64,000 bases of DNA from Pelagomonas calceolata (Eukaryota), in contig CAKKNE010000002.1 in the NCBI GenBank assembly GCA_918797485.1, positions 682,001 to 746,000 on the forward strand. Reading direction: 5' to 3'. Of this stretch, positions 21,053 through 31,755 are shown in pieces. The notes under the pieces were generated by a model. It was not told the origin of the DNA, searched no databases, and saw nothing but the letters and a program-made list of their open reading frames with translations. Position 1 is the first letter of the stretch; each line of letters starts with the position of its first letter. A program made the translations under genes and the position numbers.

Positions 21053-22222
21053 CTAAGAACAGCGCTCGCGGTAGACTCGCACGTACGCGACCTCCATCGT
21101 CGCCGGGAACGCCTCGGGGTCGACGCCGTGCTTGCCCGCCCACTTGCCCCCGACTGCCACGTTCAGTAGCAGGTAGAAGCGTTTGTCGAAGGGCCAGTCC
21201 TCCTCTTCAGATCTGAGGACTCTATGCACCAAATCCCCGTCAACGAAGACGTCCATTCCATCAACACGCCACACGAGCGAATAGACGTGGAAGGCGTCGT
21301 GCGCGTCGTCCACTACCGTGGAAGAGGTCCTGTGCGTCTTGTCTCGGTGGTTCGACGTCCGCGTGTGCACGCCCGCGTGGACGGTGCCTTTCTCCTTCCA
21401 GCCGACGTGCTCCATGACGTCGACCTCGCCGCTCGACGGCCAGTGGCCGTAGGCGTCGTCCGTCGGCAGGAGCCAGATGGCCGGCCAGAGGCCCCGGTGG
21501 TGGGGAGGCAGCTTGGCGCAGACCTCGATGCGCCCGTACAACCAGTCGCCTTTATACTGCGTCCGTAACCTCGAGGACGTGTACGCGCAGCCCTCTTCCT
21601 CTTCGAGCCGCGCGGTGATTTTCAAGCAGCCGTCCTCAACAACCGCGTTGCGCTCCGTGTAGTGCTGTAGTTCTAGATGTTCCTCATCATGAACCCAGGC
21701 GTTGCACGTCGTCTGGTACTCCCACTTCGTTGCATCCGGTGCACCGACATAGTCGAACTCGTCAGCCCATACTAAACGCCACCGGTCCGGCGGCGCCCAC
21801 CACTCACTTAATAAATCGCGGCGACTCGCGTCTCTACTCGTACGTTGGATGAAGGCGGGCCTTCTCTCAAGATAGGCGACGAAGAACGCGTCGACGTCCG
21901 TCGGTCGCGCCGCACAAGCTCTTTTGCACATGTCGCACAATAAGGGCTTGAGCTCGCGCTTCACGTTCTTCGAGGGAGGCGCCGCGACGGCGTGCCGCGG
22001 CGGAGATTGGGCGGGCGGCGGCGGCACGCCCGCGACGCGCTGCCTTAAGAAGCGGAGCATGGCCTCGGCGACGTCCGTGTCATTCCTTAACGCGAGCGTC
22101 GTGTCGGCGCACTGGATGAGCTCGGCGACCAGGGGTTCGACTTTGTCCATAAATTTCAAAGCGGCCGCGCGCTTGCCCTCGCGGCGCTGGCGGCGCCCAT
22201 TGGAGGGGGCGAGGACGGGCAT
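21053..22222 (-). CDS. GH16 beta-glucanase (laminarinase-like) with N-terminal helical extension
   Basis: Contains WRLVWADEFD, YTSSRL, GLWPAIWLLP, catalytic GEVDVME, FHVYSLVW and WPFDKRFYLLLNVAVGG. Confidence 0.9.
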   Translation of the reverse strand: MPVLAPSNGRRQRREGKRAAALKFMDKVEPLVAELIQCADTTLALRNDTDVAEAMLRFLRQRVAGVPPPPAQSPPRHAVAAPPSKNVKRELKPLLCDMCKRACAARPTDVDAFFVAYLERRPAFIQRTSRDASRRDLLSEWWAPPDRWRLVWADEFDYVGAPDATKWEYQTTCNAWVHDEEHLELQHYTERNAVVEDGCLKITARLEEEEGCAYTSSRLRTQYKGDWLYGRIEVCAKLPPHHRGLWPAIWLLPTDDAYGHWPSSGEVDVMEHVGWKEKGTVHAGVHTRTSNHRDKTHRTSSTVVDDAHDAFHVYSLVWRVDGMDVFVDGDLVHRVLRSEEEDWPFDKRFYLLLNVAVGGKWAGKHGVDPEAFPATMEVAYVRVYRERCS

Positions 22223-22244
22223 CGTCCTGGGGGCAGCTGCTGGA

Positions 22245-22291
22245 GCCCTGGGTGGGGCTGCCTGTACTTGTGCCCTGGGTGGGGCTGCCTG
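22245..22291 (+). repeat. 20-bp direct repeat in GH16 5' leader
   Basis: GCCCTGGGTGGGGCTGCCTG at 22245-22264 and 22272-22291. Confidence 0.9.
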
Positions 22292-22690
22292 CTACCGCTG
22301 GTCACGAAGGCGGTGTTATCGGTGCTTACGTCTGCTGGGCTGCCTTCGTCGAAAGCAGCACAGCGGCGAGGGAGAGAGGGATACGTCTCGACGGAAAAGC
22401 TGGGTCCATGGGCCGGTGCCGCTGTACGGGTCCTTCGGCCGCACCGTTCTACGTCGGGACCCGGAGGAGTAGCAGCCGGAAATTTCAAATCAAACAAATA
22501 GGGTCGTCTCGAAGGATGTGCCGGACATGCCGCAGGCGCCGCAGGCGACGCAAAGCACGCGTAAAAGGCTGCCCTGAGCTCTGGAAGCAACGCAGGGGCT
22601 GCCCGGAAGGACGCCACCAGGGGGAACAGACTAACTGGTCATTCCACTGCTCCCCTCCATCCACTACTCAAAAAGGGAAGCTGCCCAGCC

Positions 22691-24658
22691 ATGCCCCCCC
22701 GCTCCAATACGAAGCTGGGAGCGAAGTGGCAGCTCGACGCCGCCCTACTGTCACGACCCGTGGACCTCACTGCGTTAGTTTCCCTCTCCCAGACGTCACC
22801 AGACGACTTTTACGAGGACGACACGCTGAGTAGGATGGTCAAGCTTTTGCTGAACGCCGAGAGCGACAAGAAGGCAGACAAGGACACGAGGCTCGATGTG
22901 CTGACGATCCTATCGAACCTCGCCGCGTCCAGCGAAGGTAAAAGGAGAGATGATATTCGCGAAGCCTTGGATAACGTAAACGATTTTATGGAGCAGTATC
23001 TGGAAAAAGAAAGTTCTGGCTCGGAGCCGGAGCTGCACAAGCTCATGTTGCTGCTGCTGGCGCGGTGCTTCGAGTATTCCATCAAGACCGAGGATCTGCT
23101 GGAGCTGTGCCGGGGGGATCGAGCTTTGGGGCTAGAAACCGTAGTAGGGCTGCTCGAGGACGGCGAGACCTACACGACGGAGTTGCGACGGAAGCAGGCG
23201 CCCGCCATGGGTAGGATGGGCCAGTGGGAGCATCGGTTAGTCTGCCACCGCCACGAGACGCCTCTAGTATTACAATTATGTCGGTTGGTGCGAGGCTTCA
23301 CGCTGCCGCAGTCCTACTTCGCGGCGGGCGAGAAGCTCCTGGAGAAGGACATCGCGTCCTTCAACGATGAAATGAATCTGTTGCTGGAGATCACGCTCAA
23401 AAGTAGATTAGTCGAAAAGCTGTCGCTGGCGTGCTACGAGGGTCTATTTGCGGTGTCCGACGACGACTTGAAGGAGGATGAACATAGAAGCATAGCGTGC
23501 GTGCATTCCTTTTTGCAGAACATGTATTTTTATGCTACCTCGAAGACCGAAGTGTACCGGAGGCATCTGTTATGTGATACTCCATTGATTCAGAGATTAG
23601 TATTACCCTATCTCGAGCGAGGCGCGGCCCAGGCCGCCTCTCTACAGTGCCACGCCGATTCTTACGGAAGGGGCGACTTCAAGAAACGACAAAGCGTCAA
23701 GCCCCTCGCGGCCGGCGTCTCCGCGTCGCTAAGGACGCTGGTCGTGGCCTCCTTTCGCGCGCCGCCGACGCGCACCGTCGTCGCATTACTCAAGCGTTTA
23801 AATCCAACGGCGGCGTTGCTGGAAGCGCCTTCCTTCGTCGCGGCGCACGATCGAATATTTGCGCTCCTATTACTGTTGAACGCGAACATGGGCGCCCTGG
23901 AGCTGGGCCGGGAGGCCGAGTCGAAGGACGAGAACCCCCACGAGCTGCTGCATGGGTTGGCGCGGGTCTACCAGATGATTGACGGGGACGCGCGGGAACG
24001 GGTGAGACGCATCGTCAAGGAGAGCGGCGCCCTTCCGGTCGCCAGGGACACGCCGTCCTTCGCCGCGGTCCTACAAATGCTGAACGACGGCGCATCTCAA
24101 CGACAGCTTGAGTACGTGCGCGGCTCGCCCGGCGCGCGGTCGCCCTTGGCGCCGTCGGACTCGGACGACGACGGCGCGACGGCGGAACCCGAGTACAGTA
24201 CGCGGGCCGAGGCCAAGGCCGATTCACTGCGCCGCCAACGCGACGCGAAGGAGGCCAAGCCCCGTTCGTTGTTAGGGGACCTGCCTTCCCTAGAACGGCG
24301 GCGGCCCGAGGTGGAGGACGACGACGACTACGTCGAGCCGGCGCTGGAGGTGTATCGGGCGCGGCCGTCCGATGACGTACCGCCCGAATTCCGCTGCGCT
24401 ATCAACGGCCACCTCCTAAAGGAGCCCGCGCGGACGCCGCAGGGTTTGGTCTTTGAGCGGGCCACCATAAAACTCTGGCTCGAGACGCGGGGGTCTGTCT
24501 GCCCCCTCACGGGCGAGGCGCTGACGCTCGACGATTTGATCGACGACCGCGACCTGCGCGCGCGCATCGTCTCGTGGCAGCTCGCCAAGACGCAAAAGAC
24601 GCTCGCGACGAGCGTCTCGGCGGCGCACGGCGACGAGGACGACCTGTACGACTTTTGA
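22691..24658 (+). CDS. U-box domain protein
   Basis: C-terminal VPPEFRCAINGHLLKEPARTPQGLVFERATIKLWL...CPLTGEAL. Confidence 0.85.
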   Translation: MPPRSNTKLGAKWQLDAALLSRPVDLTALVSLSQTSPDDFYEDDTLSRMVKLLLNAESDKKADKDTRLDVLTILSNLAASSEGKRRDDIREALDNVNDFMEQYLEKESSGSEPELHKLMLLLLARCFEYSIKTEDLLELCRGDRALGLETVVGLLEDGETYTTELRRKQAPAMGRMGQWEHRLVCHRHETPLVLQLCRLVRGFTLPQSYFAAGEKLLEKDIASFNDEMNLLLEITLKSRLVEKLSLACYEGLFAVSDDDLKEDEHRSIACVHSFLQNMYFYATSKTEVYRRHLLCDTPLIQRLVLPYLERGAAQAASLQCHADSYGRGDFKKRQSVKPLAAGVSASLRTLVVASFRAPPTRTVVALLKRLNPTAALLEAPSFVAAHDRIFALLLLLNANMGALELGREAESKDENPHELLHGLARVYQMIDGDARERVRRIVKESGALPVARDTPSFAAVLQMLNDGASQRQLEYVRGSPGARSPLAPSDSDDDGATAEPEYSTRAEAKADSLRRQRDAKEAKPRSLLGDLPSLERRRPEVEDDDDYVEPALEVYRARPSDDVPPEFRCAINGHLLKEPARTPQGLVFERATIKLWLETRGSVCPLTGEALTLDDLIDDRDLRARIVSWQLAKTQKTLATSVSAAHGDEDDLYDF

Positions 24659-25233
24659 CTTTTGCCGTACATCGACCGCTGGTTTAATAATTAGGATATG
24701 TTAGTTTTTTCTCTTCGCGCGGCGTTTCGGGCAGCCGCGTTGTGACCCGCGCTGGGCGCCCTGCCCTCCAGCCGTAATCGAAGTCAGGCATGAGTGTTCC
24801 TCCGCCGATAGAGGTGATTTTGGTGCGAGGAGAGCTCCCGTCGGGGCGCCAAAAAGCTAGTGGAGGCTTGAATGTTTTGGGCGGGCCCGCAGCGCGTGTC
24901 TTTAAGGGCGCCGCATTTCTCCAATAACGCGCAGTTACCCCGACAGCGTCGCGCTACAGCGGCGCGCTGTGTAGGGGTGTGTGCTCTGCGCTTGGCGCAC
25001 GCGAAACGACTGCCTACGTCGCGATCTCGGTCTTTGGCGCGGCCCCTGAATTTGCCGCGCGTCGGGCGAATTCGTCGCCGCGCGTCAAAAAACGCGTGGA
25101 ACGGACCACAGCGGTGGTCCCGCGGCCGGTTGCTGACGCGGGCGCGCTGTTTTTAGCGCCCCCAAGCGGTTCCCTCGTTGGGCGGGAGATCGGCGCCGAG
25201 CGCTCAAAATAAAAAACCTGCCCAATCACCAAG

Positions 25234-26979
25234 ATGTTGACATTAGGCTTTCACAACCCCTTCGCCGTGCTCGGCAAGGAAAGCCCTAAGCCAGAAACGC
25301 GCGCCAGCGCCCAGGGCGCGAGCTACCCGGGCGTGCTGCGGCGCGCGCTGTCGCCGAAGAGCCCGCCGCGGAGCCGCCGCGGCAGCGCGGACCTCGCGTC
25401 GCCGCGGTCGCCGCCGAAGGTGACGCAGGCCTCCCAGGGGGAGAGCGACGCCGACGGCACGCCGCGGCAACCCAATGAGGACGTCGCGCCCATGGTCGAG
25501 GCGGGCACGCCCCTCAAGGCGTTCCTCAACGCGCTGGTGAACGCCGAGGCCGCCGTCGCGGCGGCCGACGGCGCGCCGCGGCGGCCCCAGCCGCGGAGCC
25601 CCCCCAGAGTTGAGGACGCCGGCGGGCGGCGGTCCGCGCTCAAGTCGCCCGAGAACCCGCGCCCGCGCAAGCGCGCGCGCGTGACGTTCGCGTCGCAAGA
25701 GCTGAGCGCGCTGCCCTTCACGCCGCCGCCCGACGAGGCGGCGACGGACGACGGCGACCCGATCGCGGACCTCCTCGACCACCTCTCGGCGGCGTTGGAC
25801 AGCGCCGACGCGGTCCGCGCGGCGATCTGCGACGGCGACGAGGCCACGCAGCGCAGCGTGGCGCGCGTCGCGGCGGCGCTCGACTCGGAGCAGACGTCGA
25901 GCGGCGCCGACCGGCGCGCGGCGCGCGCGGCGGCCTTCCTGCGCGACGAGGTCGCGGCGCTGGCCGACGACCGCGCGTCGTCGGCCCTCGAGGCGCGCCA
26001 CGCCGAGGTCCTGAGCTCGCTCGTGCGGCGCGAGCTCAAGCTTCTGTTAAATGATGCGGTCGCGATCGTCCAGGGCACGGGCAGCGTGCGCTTCAACTTC
26101 GACGACCCCGCGGCATTATTACACCGGGCGCTGCGGGCGCTCGAGGACGGCGGCGGGCCGGCCTGGGCGCGGCGCCGCGCGCCGCAGGCGACGGCCTCGG
26201 AGGAGGAGGCGCGCGACGTGTTGGGGTTGGCGGCGGCGCACGGCTTCGCGCTGTCCGTGCTCACGCAGTCGTCGGTCCGCGCGAAGCTCGCGGCGGGCGA
26301 CTTCGAGCGCCTCGAGCGGCTCTGCGCGCGCATCCGCGGCCCCGTCGACGCGTCGCTCAACGAGCTCGCCGCGGCCGGCGCGTCGGTCGAGACGCCCCAG
26401 CCGGTTGAAGAGGAGGACGAGGACAAAAAACGGCCGGCGTCGCCGGCGTCGCAGGCCGTCGGCCGCGCGGCGGCCGCGGCCGCGGCGGCCGCGCGGCTGT
26501 CACAAGAGAAGGAGGAACCCGAGGCCGCGCCGGCCGTGTCGCCCGAGGAGGAGCTGCCGCCGCCGCCTCCCCCAACCTCCATGCCGCCGCCGCTCCCGGC
26601 CGTGTCGCAGTCGCCGGTCCAAGAGGCGCCGGACTCGCCGACGTCCGTCCAGGCGGCGTCGCCGTCCATTAGTCCGCGGCCGAAGTCGCCCTTACCGAAG
26701 TTCCACTCGTCGGCGCCTCCCCGATTAGCCTGCCTGGCGCCGCTCAAGGACGCGCACGCGCTCAAGTGCGCGCTGCTGGCGTGCGCGCCGGACGCGCACG
26801 CGGCGGCCGCGGACGCGATCGCGCGGCTCTCGGCGCTGCGCGACGCGCGCGAGGCCGAGGCGGCCGCGCGGAGCCGCAAGAAGAAGAAGCGCAAGCGCCC
26901 GAAGCCCCTCTTCGACGAGCTCGCGGCGGCCGGCGTCTTCCTCTACCCGGAGATCGGCGCCTTCGACGCGGCGGAGTAG
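25234..26979 (+). CDS. Hypothetical low-complexity (Pro/Ala/Ser) protein
   Basis: 581-aa ATG ORF with coding-like codon usage. No family recognised. Confidence 0.65.
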   Translation: MLTLGFHNPFAVLGKESPKPETRASAQGASYPGVLRRALSPKSPPRSRRGSADLASPRSPPKVTQASQGESDADGTPRQPNEDVAPMVEAGTPLKAFLNALVNAEAAVAAADGAPRRPQPRSPPRVEDAGGRRSALKSPENPRPRKRARVTFASQELSALPFTPPPDEAATDDGDPIADLLDHLSAALDSADAVRAAICDGDEATQRSVARVAAALDSEQTSSGADRRAARAAAFLRDEVAALADDRASSALEARHAEVLSSLVRRELKLLLNDAVAIVQGTGSVRFNFDDPAALLHRALRALEDGGGPAWARRRAPQATASEEEARDVLGLAAAHGFALSVLTQSSVRAKLAAGDFERLERLCARIRGPVDASLNELAAAGASVETPQPVEEEDEDKKRPASPASQAVGRAAAAAAAAARLSQEKEEPEAAPAVSPEEELPPPPPPTSMPPPLPAVSQSPVQEAPDSPTSVQAASPSISPRPKSPLPKFHSSAPPRLACLAPLKDAHALKCALLACAPDAHAAAADAIARLSALRDAREAEAAARSRKKKKRKRPKPLFDELAAAGVFLYPEIGAFDAAE

Positions 26980-26999
26980 ATGGTAGGGCTAAGTACTAC

Positions 27000-27647
27000 T
27001 CACAAATCCAGGCCACTATTCTCCCCCGCCTTGCGTAGGAGCTCCTCGGCGGCCGCGCGGCCGCCGTCGACGAAGCTTCCTGGCGGCACCGACCCCTTCC
27101 CCAGGAGGGCCCCGGCGACAGAACGTGCCGTCCCGCCGAGGCCCGCGAGGCCCGGCGGCACGGCGGGGTCCGGCGCGGACCCGTCGCTCGACAGCGACGT
27201 CTCCGCGAGCCAGTCGTCCTCCCAGCCTGCGCTCGCGGGCTCCTTGGCTGGAACGGCGTCGCTGTGGCCGATCGACGCGTCCGGCGCGACGACGTCTCGC
27301 ACTCGCCTCTTCAAGATTTTCGCCTCGGGGAAGCCTCCGTCGGCCTTACGGTCCCAGACGACCTGCTCGTCGACGGAGACGGTCCACGTGCCCGCGACCG
27401 GCGCCGGCGACAGCGCCACTTCTCGTAATTCGCCGCCGTCGAACGTCGTCAGCAGCTCCTGCGCAAAGTACGCGCTCCGCAGGAGCCACTTGCAGCCCTG
27501 GCAGTAGCTGATGACGATGCGCGCGCCCGATGGCGTTGGCGGTGGGATGGGCGTCGCAGGCCGCCGCGTGAGCGGTCGGGTGCGGTGCGGGGCGACGACG
27601 AGTGCCGTTGCGACAGTTGCGCAGTAAGCGATTTGTCGCGTGCGCAT
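27000..27647 (-). CDS. Rdx (SelT/SelW/SelH-family) CxxC redox protein, probably plastid-targeted
   Basis: Contains IVISYCQGCKWLLRSAYFAQELLTTF and VVWDRKADGGFPEAKILKRRVRD. Signal-like N-terminus. Confidence 0.85.
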   Translation of the reverse strand: MRTRQIAYCATVATALVVAPHRTRPLTRRPATPIPPPTPSGARIVISYCQGCKWLLRSAYFAQELLTTFDGGELREVALSPAPVAGTWTVSVDEQVVWDRKADGGFPEAKILKRRVRDVVAPDASIGHSDAVPAKEPASAGWEDDWLAETSLSSDGSAPDPAVPPGLAGLGGTARSVAGALLGKGSVPPGSFVDGGRAAAEELLRKAGENSGLDL

Positions 27648-27823
27648 TTTGACTAGTTTGGCAGCAGGAGAGAGCAGCACTTGCTTTCCTTCTCTACCAC
27701 GTCTGCGAGCTCTGAAAAAAACCTCGGATCCGAGGTGGCGATAAGAATGGTCACTAATCTGGTCGTCAACGCAATCTCTAGTCAGCCAGGAGCCGCGAAC
27801 GAGACCAAAGAGCAAAACCGTGA

Positions 27824-27847
27824 GCTAGCGTCATGTAAGACACTAGC
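27824..27847 (-). promoter_or_regulatory. CTAG dyad intergenic element
   Basis: GCTAGCGTCATGTAAGACACTAGC, between divergent ATGs 27647/28027. Confidence 0.75.
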
Positions 27848-28026
27848 ATGCACTTAAACTCGAGCACCGGCGCCGGCCGCGGTGAGAGCTTGCTGCGAAC
27901 TAAATTACGCGCGCCACTCCCTCACCTCTGCTGGTCAAAGGCGCAAGCGGCTCCGGCGAAGGCCGAGACCGCGCAGTGCTCCAAAAAGCCTTCTCCCAGT
28001 AGTGGAGCTCAAAATACAAAAGAGCC

Positions 28027-30162
28027 ATGCCGACCACCGCACCCCGCTACAAGCAGCAAGGCGCGCGCGCGCCGGGCCCGAAGCCGCCGGGCTGCGCCCA
28101 AGCTAGGACGCGCGGCGGCCGCCTCGCGTGGGTGCTGGGACGGAACACCAAGGGCTGGATCGCCGTCGAGCTCGACGGCAACGAGAACGACGAGGGCAAG
28201 GCGTATGAGCGGAAGTCGCTGCGCTGGGCCCAGTTCGCGCCGGGCCAGGACTCGATCCTCGCGGCGGCGCCGCCCGACGCGCCCAAGGCGCCGGAGCCGC
28301 CCCCACCACCACCACGGGCGCGCAGACAACCGAAGCCGACGCAGCGGACGCCGTACGAGGAGCCCATCGACCCCCATAATACGGAGGACCTCGCGCTGTC
28401 CGACGACGACGACTTCTACCAGAAGTGGTTGAGGGAGACGCTCGACTCCGGGAGTGATCCGGGCGGCTCGCACGACGGCGACGCGGACGGCGACTTTAGA
28501 GCGGGCGACGAGTCCGACGACGACAGCGCGGAAGACACGAACAACGACGAGAGCGCCCTCAGTCTGCACACGTCCGACTTGGTCCCGCGCACCGAGCTCC
28601 AGCTTCTCCTGAAGGACGCGGCGACGGCGCGCGAGTCGGAGGCGACGGCGCCCCTCGCGACGACGGCGCAATTATCGAGATACCAGTCCGACTTAGGTGG
28701 AGATAAGAGAGCGATGGGCGCGCTGACGGAAGTCGTGCGACGACAACTCTCGCGACATTTGGAATTACTAGTGGAGACGCTCGCGCGGTCGGCCAACAAC
28801 GAAAACGGCGACACGAGCGTCAGCGGCCCGCACGGGCGGTCCGCTTCTCTCTTATTGGCTTTGGGCGCCGCCGCGAGGTCACATCGCCGAGAAGCGGACG
28901 CGCGCTGCGCTATCAGAGCAGTCATGGAGGACGCGACCGGCGGGTCGACGCGGCTGACTCGATTGGGTGCCCAGCAGGCCCAGGGCTCGTCGATACTAGA
29001 TAGGGTGCGCGGGCTGGATCGGGTCGACGAGGTTTTAGAAAGGGTCTCCGAGGGACTCGATGCAAGGCGGGTATTGGAGGCGGTCGGCGTCTCCATCCAC
29101 AGCCTGCCGCCGCAGGCGCAGCGCGGCGCTCCGTTATCGTTCACGGCGGGCGAGGACGCGTTGTTGTTGCGGGGTCTACAGCTCTACGGCGACGACGCTT
29201 TTGATGATGTGAGGAAGCACCTCCTACCGGCGAAAACACGAGAGTTACTCGTATTCCGCGTCGCGTCTTTAACAAGACAGGGCGCGAACGACATCTCGCG
29301 GTTCCGCGAACGTCGAAGTAGGCGCGGCGTCGTGTCCAAGAAGTGGTCGGGCTACGACGACAAGATCCTCGCCTTGGGCGCGGTCGTCCACGAGATCGGC
29401 ACCGCGGCGCGCGTGAACTGGGAGGAGGTCGCTCCACTCTTACCGCATCGGGCCGCCGGCGAACTGCGCAAAAGGTGGGCCAAGATTTCGAGTAAATGGC
29501 TGGACGAGCTGAAAGATATGAAGCGAGCGGGCGTCGACCTGCTGAAGGAGCTCCAGGACGCCAAAAGGGTCCGAGATAAAGTCGCGCTCGTGGCCCAGGT
29601 TCGTGGTAGGGTAGTGGAGACGCCGGCGTTGTGGTACCCGGACGGCGGCGTGCGCACGATCGTCGACGCGTCGCACACGGCGCAGTCCTCGAACTACTCG
29701 TCGGTGTCGTCACCTCAACGCCCGGAGTCCGACGCGACAAGGGCAGCATTGGCCTTCGCGGAACCGTCCCAAAGACCTCAGTCCGAGAACACGATGGCCG
29801 CGCTCGCCTTCGCGGCGGCGGCACCGACGCAGCCTCCGAAACGACGACGTACACCACTCCCACCAGTCGAGGAAGACTCGTCGGCGGGCGACTCCGACGC
29901 CGACGAGGCGGGCCTGGAGGCGGCGCGCCAATTAGCTCGAGGTTTACCGGCGGATTTCGCGCCGGTCGGGGAAGCCGAGTTCTCGTTGATCGGGCGGCAA
30001 GAATTAGGCGACCTCGCGTCGCTGGCGGGGCTGCCGTCGCAGGGCTTCGAGGAGCCGCCGCCCAAGAAGCCTTCACGGAAAAAGGCGAAGAAGAAGAAGC
30101 CCGCGGCGGCGCCGGCGGGCTCGTTCTTCGGCGCGGTCATGCGCGAGGCGTCGCACGGGTAG
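28027..30162 (+). CDS. Myb/SANT-domain protein
   Basis: Two Myb-like repeats: FTAGEDALLLRGLQLYG...LLPAKT and WSGYDDKIL...WEEVAPLLPHRAAGELRKRW. Confidence 0.75.
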   Translation: MPTTAPRYKQQGARAPGPKPPGCAQARTRGGRLAWVLGRNTKGWIAVELDGNENDEGKAYERKSLRWAQFAPGQDSILAAAPPDAPKAPEPPPPPPRARRQPKPTQRTPYEEPIDPHNTEDLALSDDDDFYQKWLRETLDSGSDPGGSHDGDADGDFRAGDESDDDSAEDTNNDESALSLHTSDLVPRTELQLLLKDAATARESEATAPLATTAQLSRYQSDLGGDKRAMGALTEVVRRQLSRHLELLVETLARSANNENGDTSVSGPHGRSASLLLALGAAARSHRREADARCAIRAVMEDATGGSTRLTRLGAQQAQGSSILDRVRGLDRVDEVLERVSEGLDARRVLEAVGVSIHSLPPQAQRGAPLSFTAGEDALLLRGLQLYGDDAFDDVRKHLLPAKTRELLVFRVASLTRQGANDISRFRERRSRRGVVSKKWSGYDDKILALGAVVHEIGTAARVNWEEVAPLLPHRAAGELRKRWAKISSKWLDELKDMKRAGVDLLKELQDAKRVRDKVALVAQVRGRVVETPALWYPDGGVRTIVDASHTAQSSNYSSVSSPQRPESDATRAALAFAEPSQRPQSENTMAALAFAAAAPTQPPKRRRTPLPPVEEDSSAGDSDADEAGLEAARQLARGLPADFAPVGEAEFSLIGRQELGDLASLAGLPSQGFEEPPPKKPSRKKAKKKKPAAAPAGSFFGAVMREASHG

Positions 30163-30207
30163 TGCGCGCCGACTTCTTCTCTACTCTAAGTTTGTTTCAT
30201 GGTTATT

Positions 30208-31259
30208 TTAGGCGCTCCCCGGCGACGGCGTTTTGCGGCGGAGCGCCGCCCGGGACTCTTGCAGGCGCAACTCAACCCCAGTTGTGATCGGGTGCGCGCC
30301 GCCGAGCACGCGCCGCGTGACTCGTTCCAAATCCTCGAGCCTCGTCACGCTCTCGCGGAGATCATCAAGCGAGGCGCCCGTGTCCCGGTAGAGCGCCATC
30401 GCGTAAGTCAACTTCACCCTGAGCGTGATCTCATCATTCTCGCCGCAAACGCGTTGCGCCACGGGGACCGTTTTACGCAACAGCGACTTGGCTTCTTCTA
30501 CGCGCCGCAGGACACCAAGGGACGATGTGTAGTTGAGGGCTGCTATGATCGTGTCTCTGGATTCCTCGCCATTGAGCCTCACACGTCCAGAGTATATATC
30601 TCGAAGCATGTTTGAGGCCTGTTCGTTTCGTCCAAGCCTCAAATGCGAGTTCGCAAGACATGTCTGCACGATGAGAATGTTTCCTTCTGGTGCGTTAAGG
30701 CGCCGCCGCATAGACAACTCGGCCTCTTGCACGATCAACGCGTCCTCGTCGTGTTTTGCAGCGAATAAACCGTTCCCAAGCACGCTGATCGCCAATTGCC
30801 GAGTCTCGTCCACCTCCGGCCGGCCCACGTACATTTTCCAGCACGCCCACGCGAGCGCACACCGCACGACGCCGTGGTACTCTTGCTCGCACAGGCTACA
30901 CTTCCACCACCGTGGCCACCTCAGATTAAACGCCTTGTAGTCCAAATTGTTCTCCTCGGCCTCCGCGATCAAAATCTTCGCCTGCTCCGCCAAGCAAGAA
31001 ACATGAGCGAAACCCGCCGTCCCGCGGCACGCGCACCCACGCACGAGGCCCTCCTTCGTCTTCCAGTGGAGGGCTTGCGTGCAGATGTAGCACGTCTGGC
31101 CCTTCGTGTCGTCCGCGCATTCCTCGACGGCCTCCGCGACGGCCTCCTTGTATTTTTTGTCTGCATTATACTGTTCTGCGTTGCCGCCGCGGTGTATCTT
31201 CTTACACATCTGCTTGTGGCCGCGGCGCCAATGGTCATGCTGGCAAGTCGAGTCACAAT
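30208..31259 (-). CDS. 5'-truncated MYND-RINGv(-TPR-like) family gene (possible pseudogene)
   Basis: RINGv-like CYIC...CACRGTAGFAHVSCL...CSLC with a helical-repeat C-terminus. Only the second half of the MYND finger is present, and homology to the 33901-34602 paralog stops at 31259. Confidence 0.65.
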
Positions 31260-31554
31260 GTCCTTCTCCGAAGAACCCTCGGCGCAGATCGAGGTCAAGC
31301 TCGCGAACGTCTTTTTGTTAGGGAACGCGGCGCCGAACAACGCGCGCAAGGGCATCGTCGGGTGGTTCCCGCTCGTGCCCAAGGACGTCGGTGGGTCCCG
31401 GTTGACGGGCGAGCTCAAGCTGCGGTTCCACCTGAAGCGCGCGCATCTGCTCGAGGGTTTAGATGAAGCGTGCCGCCAGGAGCTCATCGCGCACCCGGCG
31501 GCCTACATTCGCGTGTTAAATCGGCACACGTCGTACGAGCCGGCGGCGTGGTAG
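31258..31554 (+). pseudogene. Fragment resembling the C-terminal half of a C2 domain
   Basis: Reads SAQIEVKLANV...GWFPLVPKDVGGSRLTGELKLRFHLK and begins exactly where the MYND gene is truncated, with no promoter space. Confidence 0.4.
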
Positions 31555-31665
31555 TCTAGTCTGTTGTTCTTATAAAGCTTGTTTATCCTCCATCGTTGTC
31601 GATTGGGTACCAGCGGCCCCGAGTCCCATCGGGTCGAAGGTTGTTCGTGTTCCTCGGTTTTGGCA

Positions 31666-31689
31666 CCTAGCGGCCTGTAAGACACTAGC
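31666..31689 (-). promoter_or_regulatory. CTAG dyad intergenic element
   Basis: CCTAGCGGCCTGTAAGACACTAGC, upstream of ATG 31756. Confidence 0.75.
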
Positions 31690-31755
31690 AAGCAGGCCGC
31701 ACAGCGCACGATTTTGGGGCAGCCCATTTGGCTCCTGCGTCCCAGACAAGCAGCC

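Noticed and set aside
27000..27647. Possible selenoprotein (SelW family; pelagophytes are selenoprotein-rich)
   Set aside because: The motif is CQGC with ordinary Cys codons. There is no in-frame TGA.
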